This document shows positions 42,328-51,866 of a stretch of 64,000 bases of DNA, piece after piece; within the stretch, counting starts at the first letter, position 1; the number at the start of each line of letters is the position of its first letter. The DNA comes from Paramoeba atlantica (taxonomy: Eukaryota > Protista > Discosea). Both the position numbers and the translations under genes were made by a program. The stretch spans positions 248,001 to 312,000 of the forward strand of contig CDRNVI010000065.1 in NCBI GenBank assembly GCA_977017575.1. The letters run 5' to 3'. Below the pieces are notes generated by a model. It did not search any database, was not told the origin of the DNA, and saw only the letters and a list, made by a program, of their open reading frames with translations.

Positions 42328-43740
42328 CTAATCAGTACCAGTCCGTGGTTGCAGCAACATCTTTCTTGTAACTTGTCTCGTGCTTTCAATTGGCGTGGAA
42401 GACTCCACCCGTGAGCAAGAAAATGATTTCTTATAAAAATAGAATATTGTCCCAAAAAGTAAAAGCGCCGTCGAAATAATGGTTATGACAAGCCAGGCAA
42501 GGAGTTCTCGAGGCGGACAGAAGTGTCGAAATCGAGAGCGTTCTAGTATTTGCATAACCCACAGAAGTATGTGAGGCGAATGCTCAGGTAAATCACAAAC
42601 TAAATTTGGTCTTTCCAAATCTCTTTCTCGGAAACATGCACTAGTTGTGTGCTGTCCAACATGTAGTTCACTAAAGGGAATTGTATGACTCCACCGGATG
42701 AATCCCTTTACATCTTTAATTTCGAGTAGAATTTCTCCTTCTTCCCACTTAATGGTAATCTTCCCGTAATTCAAACCGAAGTAACTCGCAATTCGTGTAG
42801 GCAAAGAAGGTACAAGAGCACTTAACCACGACGGGACGTGGTGAGTAATCCCACTCGATGTAAATTCATACACAGGATATCCTAAAGGTGAGCAGTTTAG
42901 GCGATGCACCTCTGAAAAGTGAATGTCACCGGATAGGAAAAGGATGCCACCCCTACCGCTGGACGCTACAATAGAGACAAGCCTCTTCCTGGCACGAGGA
43001 AAGCGACCCCAGTGCTCTGTGGGCCTGTTATCGCTTATGATTTGTACGCCGGAACCGATAAGAACAATATCCCCGGGCTGGTCATTTAGAACACGGGATA
43101 GCCACGCCCACTGGGTTTCTCCCAAGAAATCCCCATCCGACGTACCATACGGATCCTTGAAGTAGCGCACGTCCAAAAGAATAATCAGCACGCGCCCCTG
43201 AGCAAGTGAGTAGAAACGATACACTCCATTTTGTCTTCTAATAGGATGATCCATAGGAGTGTCGAGAAAGTCTAAGAACAGACTCTGAGAAGCGTCTTTG
43301 TTGAAAAATGTTCTGTCACCATCATTGATTCCATAGTCATGGTCATCCCAGACCCCAAATATCGAAATATTGCTCCTCAAAAGTTCTTGATACTCCTTGC
43401 TCATTTTTTGCTTTTCATATACACGCGCCATGTGATCCAGTGAACTGGGCTGGAAACGAAATAACCATTTTCTCGTGTCAGCATAGACTGCATCCCCAAG
43501 CCACATCCATGCTGTTGGGGAATCTTGTAACACAGCGTGCCATATTAATTGAGCTTTGTCTGGACGATTACAACTTCCGAACGTGATAGTGGTGACATTC
43601 TCTAACTCTTTCTTTAGGTGGTCTTGATCCGATAATCGATTTCGAGTATTTTCTTCTACGCTAGTTAAGAGCCCAGTGAGAAGCAGTGACCTTTGTGGAC
43701 ATTTCCATACAAGCCAAACTAGTAAAAACCAGAGATGCAT
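42328..43740 (-). CDS. PhoD-like phosphatase, copy 2
   Basis: Identical to 25501-26913. Confidence 0.92.
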   Translation of the reverse strand: MHLWFLLVWLVWKCPQRSLLLTGLLTSVEENTRNRLSDQDHLKKELENVTTITFGSCNRPDKAQLIWHAVLQDSPTAWMWLGDAVYADTRKWLFRFQPSSLDHMARVYEKQKMSKEYQELLRSNISIFGVWDDHDYGINDGDRTFFNKDASQSLFLDFLDTPMDHPIRRQNGVYRFYSLAQGRVLIILLDVRYFKDPYGTSDGDFLGETQWAWLSRVLNDQPGDIVLIGSGVQIISDNRPTEHWGRFPRARKRLVSIVASSGRGGILFLSGDIHFSEVHRLNCSPLGYPVYEFTSSGITHHVPSWLSALVPSLPTRIASYFGLNYGKITIKWEEGEILLEIKDVKGFIRWSHTIPFSELHVGQHTTSACFRERDLERPNLVCDLPEHSPHILLWVMQILERSRFRHFCPPRELLAWLVITIISTALLLFGTIFYFYKKSFSCSRVESSTPIESTRQVTRKMLLQPRTGTD

Positions 43741-43814
43741 GACTACTGAAATTGAAAAACAGTCATCTTTTTATCTTGTCGTACCTCACATACACTGTAC
43801 ATGTGTTTTTTTCA

Positions 43815-43858
43815 CTTTTTCAAAATTCGAGGGGGAGGCGTATAGCCGATTGCTAGTG
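43815..43858. mobile_element. Solo MITE-A end, copy 2
   Basis: Identical to 26988-27031. Confidence 0.75.
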
Positions 43859-44347
43859 TATATCAAAATCTATAATTCTTTACATGTTCATATTAGAAAA
43901 AAGTATCCATAAGAAATACACAACGAGTTTTTTTCGAGTGTATATTACACCACGAGTTTTTTTCGTAACGGTAGACAATTGACTTGATTCTTTTTCGAGC
44001 TCGAGATAAGAAAAAATGGTTCTTCTTCTGCTAAATTTGTTTTGAAAAATGCCTAGGGAAGACATAATGAATTTTAGGACTCTTCTTTTTGATTGCGTGC
44101 AATACCAAACGTAAAAAGATCAGTGCAATAAATTGTTTTCATTTTTGAGTCGAATATATGCTTGTTTGAAGTGACATCACGTAGAATGCAAATACTGCTA
44201 TTGCGGCAGTAGTATGAAAAAAAACTTGGCGTATCCGTCCGCGGATTCCGGCGAAATGGTATATTTTTGCATCGTCTGGATGATGTTAGTATAAAGGGGG
44301 GTTTCACCCCTTTGAAGTGTAAACAGGGAGGGACAGCATACAATATA

Positions 44348-45835
44348 CTGTCCCCCCCCCCACTTAAACGCAACCAGGTTTTGGCCTAAAATTGCGCATA
44401 AGTAGCCGGGTCAAAAAAGAGTGAAAAAATAAATTCGCGCCGCTTCGCGACGCGTGTTTCTATCATGAGTTATATACGCGGGGTACCCTTCGGGGTTGCT
44501 TTTTATATACTATCCCCCCTAGCAATCCGCTTTCTGCTTTGTGCCTTTCTCCCCCTTCTTCCTCTACGGTCCTCAAAAGTCGATATCAAAAGCGATGTCC
44601 CATTCTTCTGACACGGGTCGTTGCATGTATAAGAATGATTTATGTGGCGCGATAGTGTCTGAGGTACATGAATGGGTTGGAACCGCGGCCATTCCAAAAG
44701 CCAAAGTTTCGGATGTATTCCGCGTGAAGTTAGAAGAAGTTTTTATCAAGGGTCGCCAAGGTACCTGCGATAAAGACAGCAAGGAAGCCCTATAAAACGG
44801 ACTTAGACTGATGTACAGTGGTGTTCAGCGTCTTTTACCCCCCCCTACAGGTCTTGTATTTTGTCCGATTTTGGAAATATTTGGTATACCACCGTTTTTC
44901 GACCCAATCGTTCCGAATCCGAGGCCCTTTTCACTCGAGCGACCCCCTACCCCCCTAGCCAGGTAGGGGTCAAAAAAACTAATTACAACTTTTTTGGGTT
45001 CATTTTTTTGAATGTTTCGGATGAGGAACAGTAGTAAAGTAGGTCAGAAGACGTGGAAAAGGAGTGCAAAGTAATCTCTAGTATTTAGTCATATGCACTT
45101 TAGCCTCCTTGACCAAAAGAAAACGTTTACTATAGTCCCGGAAGGCATTCTTAAACGTTTCCGGTTAATCTTCAGAAAAAAGGCGAAAAGTTTCAATGAT
45201 GGACCCGGGGCTAAGTTTATGAAATTTTTCGAGTGTCTTATAGGACTTAAGTCGCTCTCAATCGATCGCGAGTGCCGTGCGCTTCTCGGGGCACACGAGG
45301 CAGGAAAGTAAGCACAGGGGGCGGTGCTTCTTCGTCATGAATCACCAACAAGTGTACCAAATTTAAAAAAAATGTACTCTGTGAAAAAACAAATCGACTT
45401 TTTTGCGGTTTTTTTCCCGGTTTAGGTATGATACAGGTGTCCACGAGTGAAAAGGACCTCGGATTCGGAACGATTGGGTAGAAAAACAGTCCCATAAAAA
45501 ATATTTCCAAAATCGAACAAAATGCAAGACCTGTAGGGGGGGTAAAAGAGGCTGAACACCACTGTAGACTGATGTACAGTACAGTATGCAGACTCACCGT
45601 ACAGATCGGTGGTCAGTGTGGATCAGAGATCTCTAGAGATCGATGAAGATAATTCTCGAACGCCCCAAAGGGACTACTTGCACTCTCCATTTCAATAGCG
45701 GCGAAAATCTGTACAAAAATTCGTACCCCCCAAAAAAAAATCGCGCCGCTTTGCGGCGCTGTTATTCTGAACGATGCGTCAAAATTGCGCTTAAGTGGCC
45801 GGGTCAAACGGTTGCGCATAAGTAGGGGGGGACAG
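44348..45835. mobile_element. MITE-C (TA-flanked, CTGT-Cn termini) containing nested MITE-B
   Basis: Left TA|CTGT-C10-ACTTAAACGCAACC; right end reverse-complements to TA|CTGT-C7-TACTTATGCGCAACC. TA at 44346-47 and 45836-37. About 730 bp without the nested insert. Confidence 0.82.
44816..45564. mobile_element. MITE-B, 749 bp, ~120-bp TIRs starting CAGTGGTGTTCAGC
   Basis: 44816-44937 is the imperfect inverted repeat of about 45444-45564. Flanked by TA and by a 12-bp direct repeat TAGACTGATGTA. Confidence 0.9.
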
Positions 45836-45846
45836 TAAAATATAAA

Positions 45847-45886
45847 AAGGGTCTGAAAATATAAAAAAATATATTTTCAGACCCTT
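45847..45886. repeat. Perfect 17-bp inverted repeat with A6 loop
   Basis: AAGGGTCTGAAAATATA-AAAAAA-TATATTTTCAGACCCTT. Confidence 0.95.
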
Positions 45887-46161
45887 GTAAAAATATTTAA
45901 ACCGAACCACCCCTACATTCCATTTGGAACACTCAAAATCTGTGTCATCTTGAGGAGGTCGCGATGACACAAACGTATTGACTGATGATGATTCGTGCTC
46001 AAAGTACACGTACGTGGGCGTTCGAATTCATTCCTTTTCAGTTACGACGTGAAGATTGTAGAAGGTGAAATATTTTACCGATCTACTGTGTTCCGTTGCA
46101 ACAAAAGATGCTTCGCAGTACGAATTCACGCGCACCGCGGCATCCGTTTCCTGCGAATTCA

Positions 46162-47394
46162 CTATTTTCTATGCCTTTTCCTTCCACACCCCACTGACTC
46201 TGCCGTTTTTATAGGGGAAAGCTCCGAATGTTCTAGTTCATCCACATGTTTTTTCGCTATTGATTCCACCTCATGATCCTTTGTGGAAACGTCAAGATAC
46301 GTGTGGTCCAACAAGTTGGCATTTGTTTTTATTGCATGTTGACTATACGCTTGTATAACATTTGCTTGACTCAGACTCATTTCTTCTTGAATGCAAGCAA
46401 TTTCAGAGGGTTCCTTTTCTAGGCATTTCTCGTCGTTTTCTTCTATGTCCTGGAGACCGGGATTATGACAACTGATAATGTGACTGGAAGCAGTCGCCGT
46501 AGCCAAGTTAGCCTGTGCATTCCCATTTTCTTTGTTTTCGCACTCAACTTTATCAATATTGTAAGTTGCAGTGAGCCCAGATATACTGAAATATCCATTT
46601 TTATTGACCAATACAAAATCGCCGTCCTCGTGCAGATCTTCAATAAGAAAATCAAGAATAGGCTCGTGATGCACATCGGTCAATAAAATCACTTTGTTGC
46701 ACACGGGACATGCGCAATGAGTATTCTGATGTTCCGTTTGCAAAGCCTGACTACGTTCGTAGTACGCAAGAAAAGTGTCTAAGTCAAACGGTTGCATGTG
46801 AGCACAAGAGAGGCTTCTCACTGCGACATCAATACGCTTGCGAGTAAGTGGGTCACGTAAACTGAAACTGATTTGAGATATTTGGCACTCTTCTGCAGAC
46901 CGATCCTCTAAATATTTTGTCACCCATTCTGCAATATAAGATGCACTCGAATTTTTCTCAGGTCTAATGGAAATTGGATAAGATAAAATGGTATTTTTCA
47001 CTTCTGCACGATTCCAAGATGCTGCGGTGCAGAACTCCTTGATTCGCCGAACACGATGATGTTCAACATCTCTAGCGAATAGTTCGAATTCCATACGAGC
47101 AAGGTGAGTTAGATTCCCTTCGAGCATGCAATTTAATCTTTGCCGTATCTCTGGTACTGGTAATCGTAGATGACGCGGAAACCCACTTTGTCGCCACTTC
47201 CTAAAGAAAAACGCCAGAAAATAGTTCTTCTGAACCGTACCTAAAAGCACATTATCACATTTTGACGAATCGGAAACATGCTCACCCATTCTGAATATGG
47301 TTTCACAAAATGATGGAAAGTCCTCTCGGCTAAAAGCACGAATTCTGTTACGCCAATCGTACGAAACACACTGTTCATCCAACCAAATACTCAT
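46162..47394 (-). CDS. SP-RING (MIZ) zinc-finger protein, PIAS/Siz-like SUMO E3 ligase
   Basis: FSLRDPLTRKRIDVAVRSLSCAHMQPFDL...CACPVCNK. Confidence 0.85.
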   Translation of the reverse strand: MSIWLDEQCVSYDWRNRIRAFSREDFPSFCETIFRMGEHVSDSSKCDNVLLGTVQKNYFLAFFFRKWRQSGFPRHLRLPVPEIRQRLNCMLEGNLTHLARMEFELFARDVEHHRVRRIKEFCTAASWNRAEVKNTILSYPISIRPEKNSSASYIAEWVTKYLEDRSAEECQISQISFSLRDPLTRKRIDVAVRSLSCAHMQPFDLDTFLAYYERSQALQTEHQNTHCACPVCNKVILLTDVHHEPILDFLIEDLHEDGDFVLVNKNGYFSISGLTATYNIDKVECENKENGNAQANLATATASSHIISCHNPGLQDIEENDEKCLEKEPSEIACIQEEMSLSQANVIQAYSQHAIKTNANLLDHTYLDVSTKDHEVESIAKKHVDELEHSELSPIKTAESVGCGRKRHRK

Positions 47395-47437
47395 TAAAGC
47401 AACATCATAAACATTAAAACAGGTATTGAAAAGTTAG

Positions 47438-48685
47438 GGGAAATTGAACGAGAATTCGCTTTTCAAAAATTTGGTCACAAATATTGAGAAAAACGAGGAA
47501 AAACGGAAAATATCCGTGCACTTTTTAGGAAAAAAAATTTACGTTTTTCTGAATTCCTCACATGGTTGTGTCGGGAGTGTCGGGGATACGCGTGCCGTCG
47601 GAAGCTGAGTATTAGTAAGGTGGCAAAGTGGTCAGAGACTCAATGTAGACACCGGTTAAATGCCATGATCTTGTTGTAAGGAACGTGACACGCAACAAGC
47701 GAAGTCACTCCTCGCCATTGGAAATGCGATTGAGCGACGGGAAGTGGCGGTGTACTAAAAGGTGTACAAGGGTGTACGACATTCTTGAGTCTCTGGTTCC
47801 AGGGAATGCGAAACGCACTGCACAACAAATTCTGAAATTTATTATTTTGTGTTCCCGTGGCGAGCCACATGCAGTATCAGCGGAGGAGACGGGCTTAAGT
47901 GTGACGATCATGGTCAGGCTGCGCGAAGCGTTGGATTTTATGATGATCATTGATCGGGACAATACACGTACCCCCAAGAATTCGTCGCCACGGAACATTG
48001 AACTCCATACAGTGCGATGAAACAGTCTTCTCAATGAGGAAGCGGGGAGACAGCAATTGCACTCGACGTGTCAGACGTGATGGGTCGCAAGTCGCTTAAA
48101 CTATAGTTGAAATGACCAGACAAAATAAAATCTCTGAAATACTTATGGACGTTGTCCCTGATCGAAGCACAGCCTCACTTATTCCAAACATCGAAGCTCT
48201 GACAGCGGGGTTCAGAACTAGGATCTGGACTGACTCAGCACGTCATAATCTGCAACTGCAAGGATACAAGTGGAAAAAGGTGGTGCACCGACGCGGGTTG
48301 GTAACCCAAGAAGGCGTTCATACAAACACAGTTGAATCGGCCAATTCACTTGTGAAGAAGACGCTCAAACGTGAAAGGGGCGTACTCGGTCGGGTGGATG
48401 AAAAGCGAGGCAGTCGAGTACGAACTTTAGCTGAGAAAAGAAATGGAAAGTTGAGGAAAAATGGTACCGACGTTTTACCTCGTATGCTGGAAAATCTTCG
48501 GTATTTCGGTGAAACTATTGATGTTTAATATATTGGCTACACAAAGAGGTGTGAGAAAGTCGGAAAAGCACGAGTAAGCACGTGAGAGGTGCGGCGAAAC
48601 AAGTGTATGAAGCAACTTTCTTTCTTGCATAAATAGAAGAAATTTTTAAAAAATATAAAGAAAACGAATTCTTGTTCAATTTACC
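47438..48685 (+). mobile_element. Merlin (IS1016/IS1595-related) DNA transposon, decayed
   Basis: TIRs GGGAAATTGAACGAGAATTCG (47438) and GGTAAATTGAACAAGAATTCG (reverse complement, ending 48685), enclosing a broken DDE ORF. An 8-9 bp TSD is not cleanly preserved. Confidence 0.88.
47685..48528 (+). pseudogene. Merlin transposase, one frameshift plus one premature stop
   Basis: WRCTKRC Zn-ribbon/HTH part (47685-48020). A frameshift leads to 'SIQCDETVFSMRKRG' (first D at 48016), TAA at 48097-99, then VPDRSTASLIPNI, IWTDSA and GVHTNTVESANS. Confidence 0.9.
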
Positions 48686-48894
48686 AAATGGTTACAATGC
48701 GAAAACGAAATAGTTAACAGTACTACACTAAGCATGTGGTTGATACACTGACTGTGTATCAACTGTGACAGTTGTATCACATTTTATGTGTAGGTGGTGC
48801 TCATCACTTTTAAAAAGTGATACCAGTTTCATTGGTTCGTGAACCAAGGTATGCTTTTTCGAAGGCAATTAACCAAAAAAGGTAAAAACAAGTT

Positions 48895-49881
48895 TTAAGA
48901 AAAATAAACGTGCTGTTCATGAAATTTTGCAAGAAGCATGGCGAAATCGTCTTGTGTCATGCGCCGGGCTCGAAGATTACATAGCGAAGGTCCCGAGAGT
49001 AAAACGGAGATTCTTCTATTGAACACATCTTCGTCAATAGGGGCGCTTTCCTTCATCGTGCTATGACTTCGATGTATGCGGTACAAATTACTTCGAATAT
49101 TTTTAGACGACAAGAGAGAGCAAACTTTCCTGTTCTTGCGGTTAAAAAGCAATTTCATTAGGCCGTCCCATTCATCAAAGTCTACTTTAGGAGCTGGACG
49201 CCGCGGCTCTAACCTCACGACCGAGCTCTCCACTTGGGGAGGTGGGTCAAAGCTGTTTTTACTGATTTTCATCAAGTGAGAACACTTCGCAAGTAGCTGC
49301 GTATTGACGCTTAATCGGCTGTATTGTTCATCTCCTGGTTTCGCTACCAGCCTCTGTGCGAATTCCTTTTGAAACATTAGCACGGCGGCTCTGAAAGCGC
49401 CACTCGTGCTACCTCGAAGTAGCTTAAAAACCAGCGCGCTACTTATTGCATAAGGCGTATTGGCTACGCACTTGTCGAAATAGGGAAAATTCTGTCGTAG
49501 GCAATCCCCTTCAATGACCTCTAATTTTCTTCCTATTGTTGCACTCTGAAAGCGCTTCCTCAGTTCGGCAACCATTCTGCTATCTATTTCAAAAGCGATA
49601 ACTTTTTTCGCAACTCCTAAAAGCTTCTCGGTAAGGTTTCCTGTGCCTGGCCCAATTTCAAGTACAACGTCAGTAGGTTTGATACCCGCCTTATCCACAA
49701 TCGCTTGTAAAACTAAAGGATTCTTCAAAATATGTTGACCGTGGCCCTTATTGTAGACCAAACCGCTGTTAACGCTGTTCTCGTTTTCAATGAGTTTTGT
49801 ATCCCCAAATTCATTTTTGCTCCGCTTCCTCGACTTCGCTCGAATCGAAGAAGTTCCGTGAGATAAACGAGCTCGCTTCAT
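48895..49881 (-). CDS. DIM1: 18S rRNA adenine dimethyltransferase
   Basis: GQHILKNPLV, VLEIGPGTGNLT, CVANTPYAISS, MFQKEFAQRLVAKPGD..YSRLSVNTQL, FDPPPQVESSVVR. Confidence 0.97.
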   Translation of the reverse strand: MKRARLSHGTSSIRAKSRKRSKNEFGDTKLIENENSVNSGLVYNKGHGQHILKNPLVLQAIVDKAGIKPTDVVLEIGPGTGNLTEKLLGVAKKVIAFEIDSRMVAELRKRFQSATIGRKLEVIEGDCLRQNFPYFDKCVANTPYAISSALVFKLLRGSTSGAFRAAVLMFQKEFAQRLVAKPGDEQYSRLSVNTQLLAKCSHLMKISKNSFDPPPQVESSVVRLEPRRPAPKVDFDEWDGLMKLLFNRKNRKVCSLLSSKNIRSNLYRIHRSHSTMKESAPIDEDVFNRRISVLLSGPSLCNLRARRMTQDDFAMLLAKFHEQHVYFS

Positions 49882-50062
49882 TATACAGGCAGAAAAAAAT
49901 AACGCGCGTAATTATTCTTGCTCCCTTCTTTTTTACTATTATCTCTTCTTTTTATCGTTGTTTACTAGCAAATAAAAGCTAAGGTATACAACCAAGACAG
50001 ACACTTGGCTTTAATGAAGTTACAATACACATTACTAAATGATCTCGCCTACACTGTAGGTA

Positions 50063-51866
50063 CTCCCCCCTCCATAAGTAATTATAAGTATAAATTATAA
50101 CTTCTTTGAATTTATAATTATAATTATAGCAGGGGTCCGAATAACTTTATATAGTTTATATATAGGTAGAAAAAATAAATATAGTTACTATAAAATACCT
50201 ATAGTACCTTTAAAGCTTTATGTACCTATATTTTTAGAGGTCGACTTTTTGTGAAATTCGGGTGGGAAATCTGTGCAATCTGGGTGCTCGGATCGGGGAG
50301 AGTATGCCTTGTTGGAGGGAATGGTTTTTCTGCTTACCTAAAATATATATAGAAAAAATCTTGCAGAGCTATAGTTTTCAGGCAGAACATGACGATCAAG
50401 TTTCATCAGCATCAGATGTGGAAAACACTTCAGGCGTTCCAGGCCTGCTCTAATCATCGTTGACAAGCCATGCGCATCAAAAGTATAGAGAAGGTGTAAG
50501 AAGAGATTAGTCAATGTTATCAAAAGGAAGAGTAAGAAATTTATTATTATTGACTGGTCATCTAAAACAACAGCATTTTACCATAAGCAAAGATACATAT
50601 TTATTTGCTCACGATAAGGTTAAAAACAGGTATATACGTATACCTCTTGTTGTATGGATGAGTGACGAAATTTATTGAAACGCAACATCTCAGGTTACAA
50701 TATTTTAATCAAAGAAGGCTCTGCGCACAGCTCGCTCATTTTACTGTTCGCTTTCTAGGCGAAAGTCAGAATGCAAAAATGTCAGAAGCTAAAAATAAAA
50801 CGAAAAAAAATGCGCACAGACTCAAAATCTCAGGTTACATAGTTTTTTACCAAAGAAGGCTCTGCCACGGCTCGTTCTTTTTACTGCGCACTTTCTAGAC
50901 GAAAGTCCGAGTGAATTGCTGCCACATCCAGCACAATTTCACGCGCCATCTCAGCAGTCGAGCTTTTGCACTTTATTTGTTTAATACCGTTAATTTCACA
51001 CGTCCCCATCTTGGGATGATAGTATCTCGTATTTCGGTGCACAACTCGGTATCGGTTTGTTTTATTTTGAATTCTTCCGCAGAGGTCCGCGAGACTCCAG
51101 CTTGTGGCATTTCCCGAACTCAGAACGCATACTGAACACGTTGTTCGACCATGGGAAGTACCAGTGTCTGCAGCAATTGTTACAAAATTACGAAGGAGAG
51201 CGCTCATTTCAGCGCGGCAGTTGTCTTTTACTTGGAGCGTGAAACTGTTCATTGTTTTCTCACAAGGTACAAAGGACGAACCCACGTTCATCAACCATTT
51301 GAAAAGTGGATCCTGAATGGCCGCTTTCGACACTCCATGATCACACTTCCATTTGATTATCTTTTCGAACACCTTCGAAAGCTTTATTGGACTTGACATC
51401 AATCTGTCAACAGTATTTTCCGTCTCGCGCTTTCTGGCTCGCTTCTCCTGCAGCCATGCTTCGAATGTTTTTTTATGAATCTTTTCTATATGGCTCAGGG
51501 CAGAAGAGTATGACGTGCGAATACCTTTTTCGCAAAAAAATTTCCGCTTGTCCGGTGCATTGCAGAGTTGACATTCATACACCCGCTTGTATACCCGCTT
51601 TCCAGCCTCCACCTCCTTATAGTGAGACTCAACAAATTCAGCGCGACTTTCTGGGTTGCTGTCTGAGCGTCTAGGTATTGAAAAATTTCACAAAAATAGT
51701 ACGATTACAGCGTAAATCATTGACAAAACAATAAAGGTAGATAAAGGTAGGGAAAAATAAATATAGTTACTTTAAAGTACCTATAATAAAGTTCTATAGT
51801 TATTCGGACCCTTGAATTATAATTATAATTACTTATGGATGTGAAACCGGTGAACCTGGAGGGGAG
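50063..51866 (-). mobile_element. TA-flanked element with ~180-bp degenerate TIRs (CTCCCC.. termini) carrying a BED/hAT-like transposase relic; alternative distal right end at 52462
   Basis: 50061-50240 is inverted-homologous to about 51683-51868 (TACTCCCC, TCCATAAGTAATTATAA, GGGTCCGAATAACT, TATAGGTA, TTTTTGTGAAATT). 52438-52464 matches 50061-50087 at 26 of 27 positions. Confidence 0.75.
50881..51687 (-). pseudogene. BED-zinc-finger hAT-like transposase fragment
   Basis: Open frame with no N-terminal ATG: FVESHY...YECQLC...SALSHIEKIH (BED finger), IIKWKCDHGVSKAAIQDPLFKWL (hAT dimerisation-like), VTIAADTGTS (first catalytic D), then loss of similarity. Confidence 0.7.

Larger units (their letters stand above)
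27936..44763. repeat. Tandem segmental duplication, copy 2
   Basis: Near-identical to 11106-27936. Differences noticed by eye: T11636/C28466 (synonymous Lys in Pol eta) and one fewer GAA triplet near 40521-40532. Confidence 0.97.

Noticed and set aside
45093-45825. Short ORFs inside MITE-B and MITE-C
   Set aside because: No transposase motifs; random frames in non-autonomous elements.
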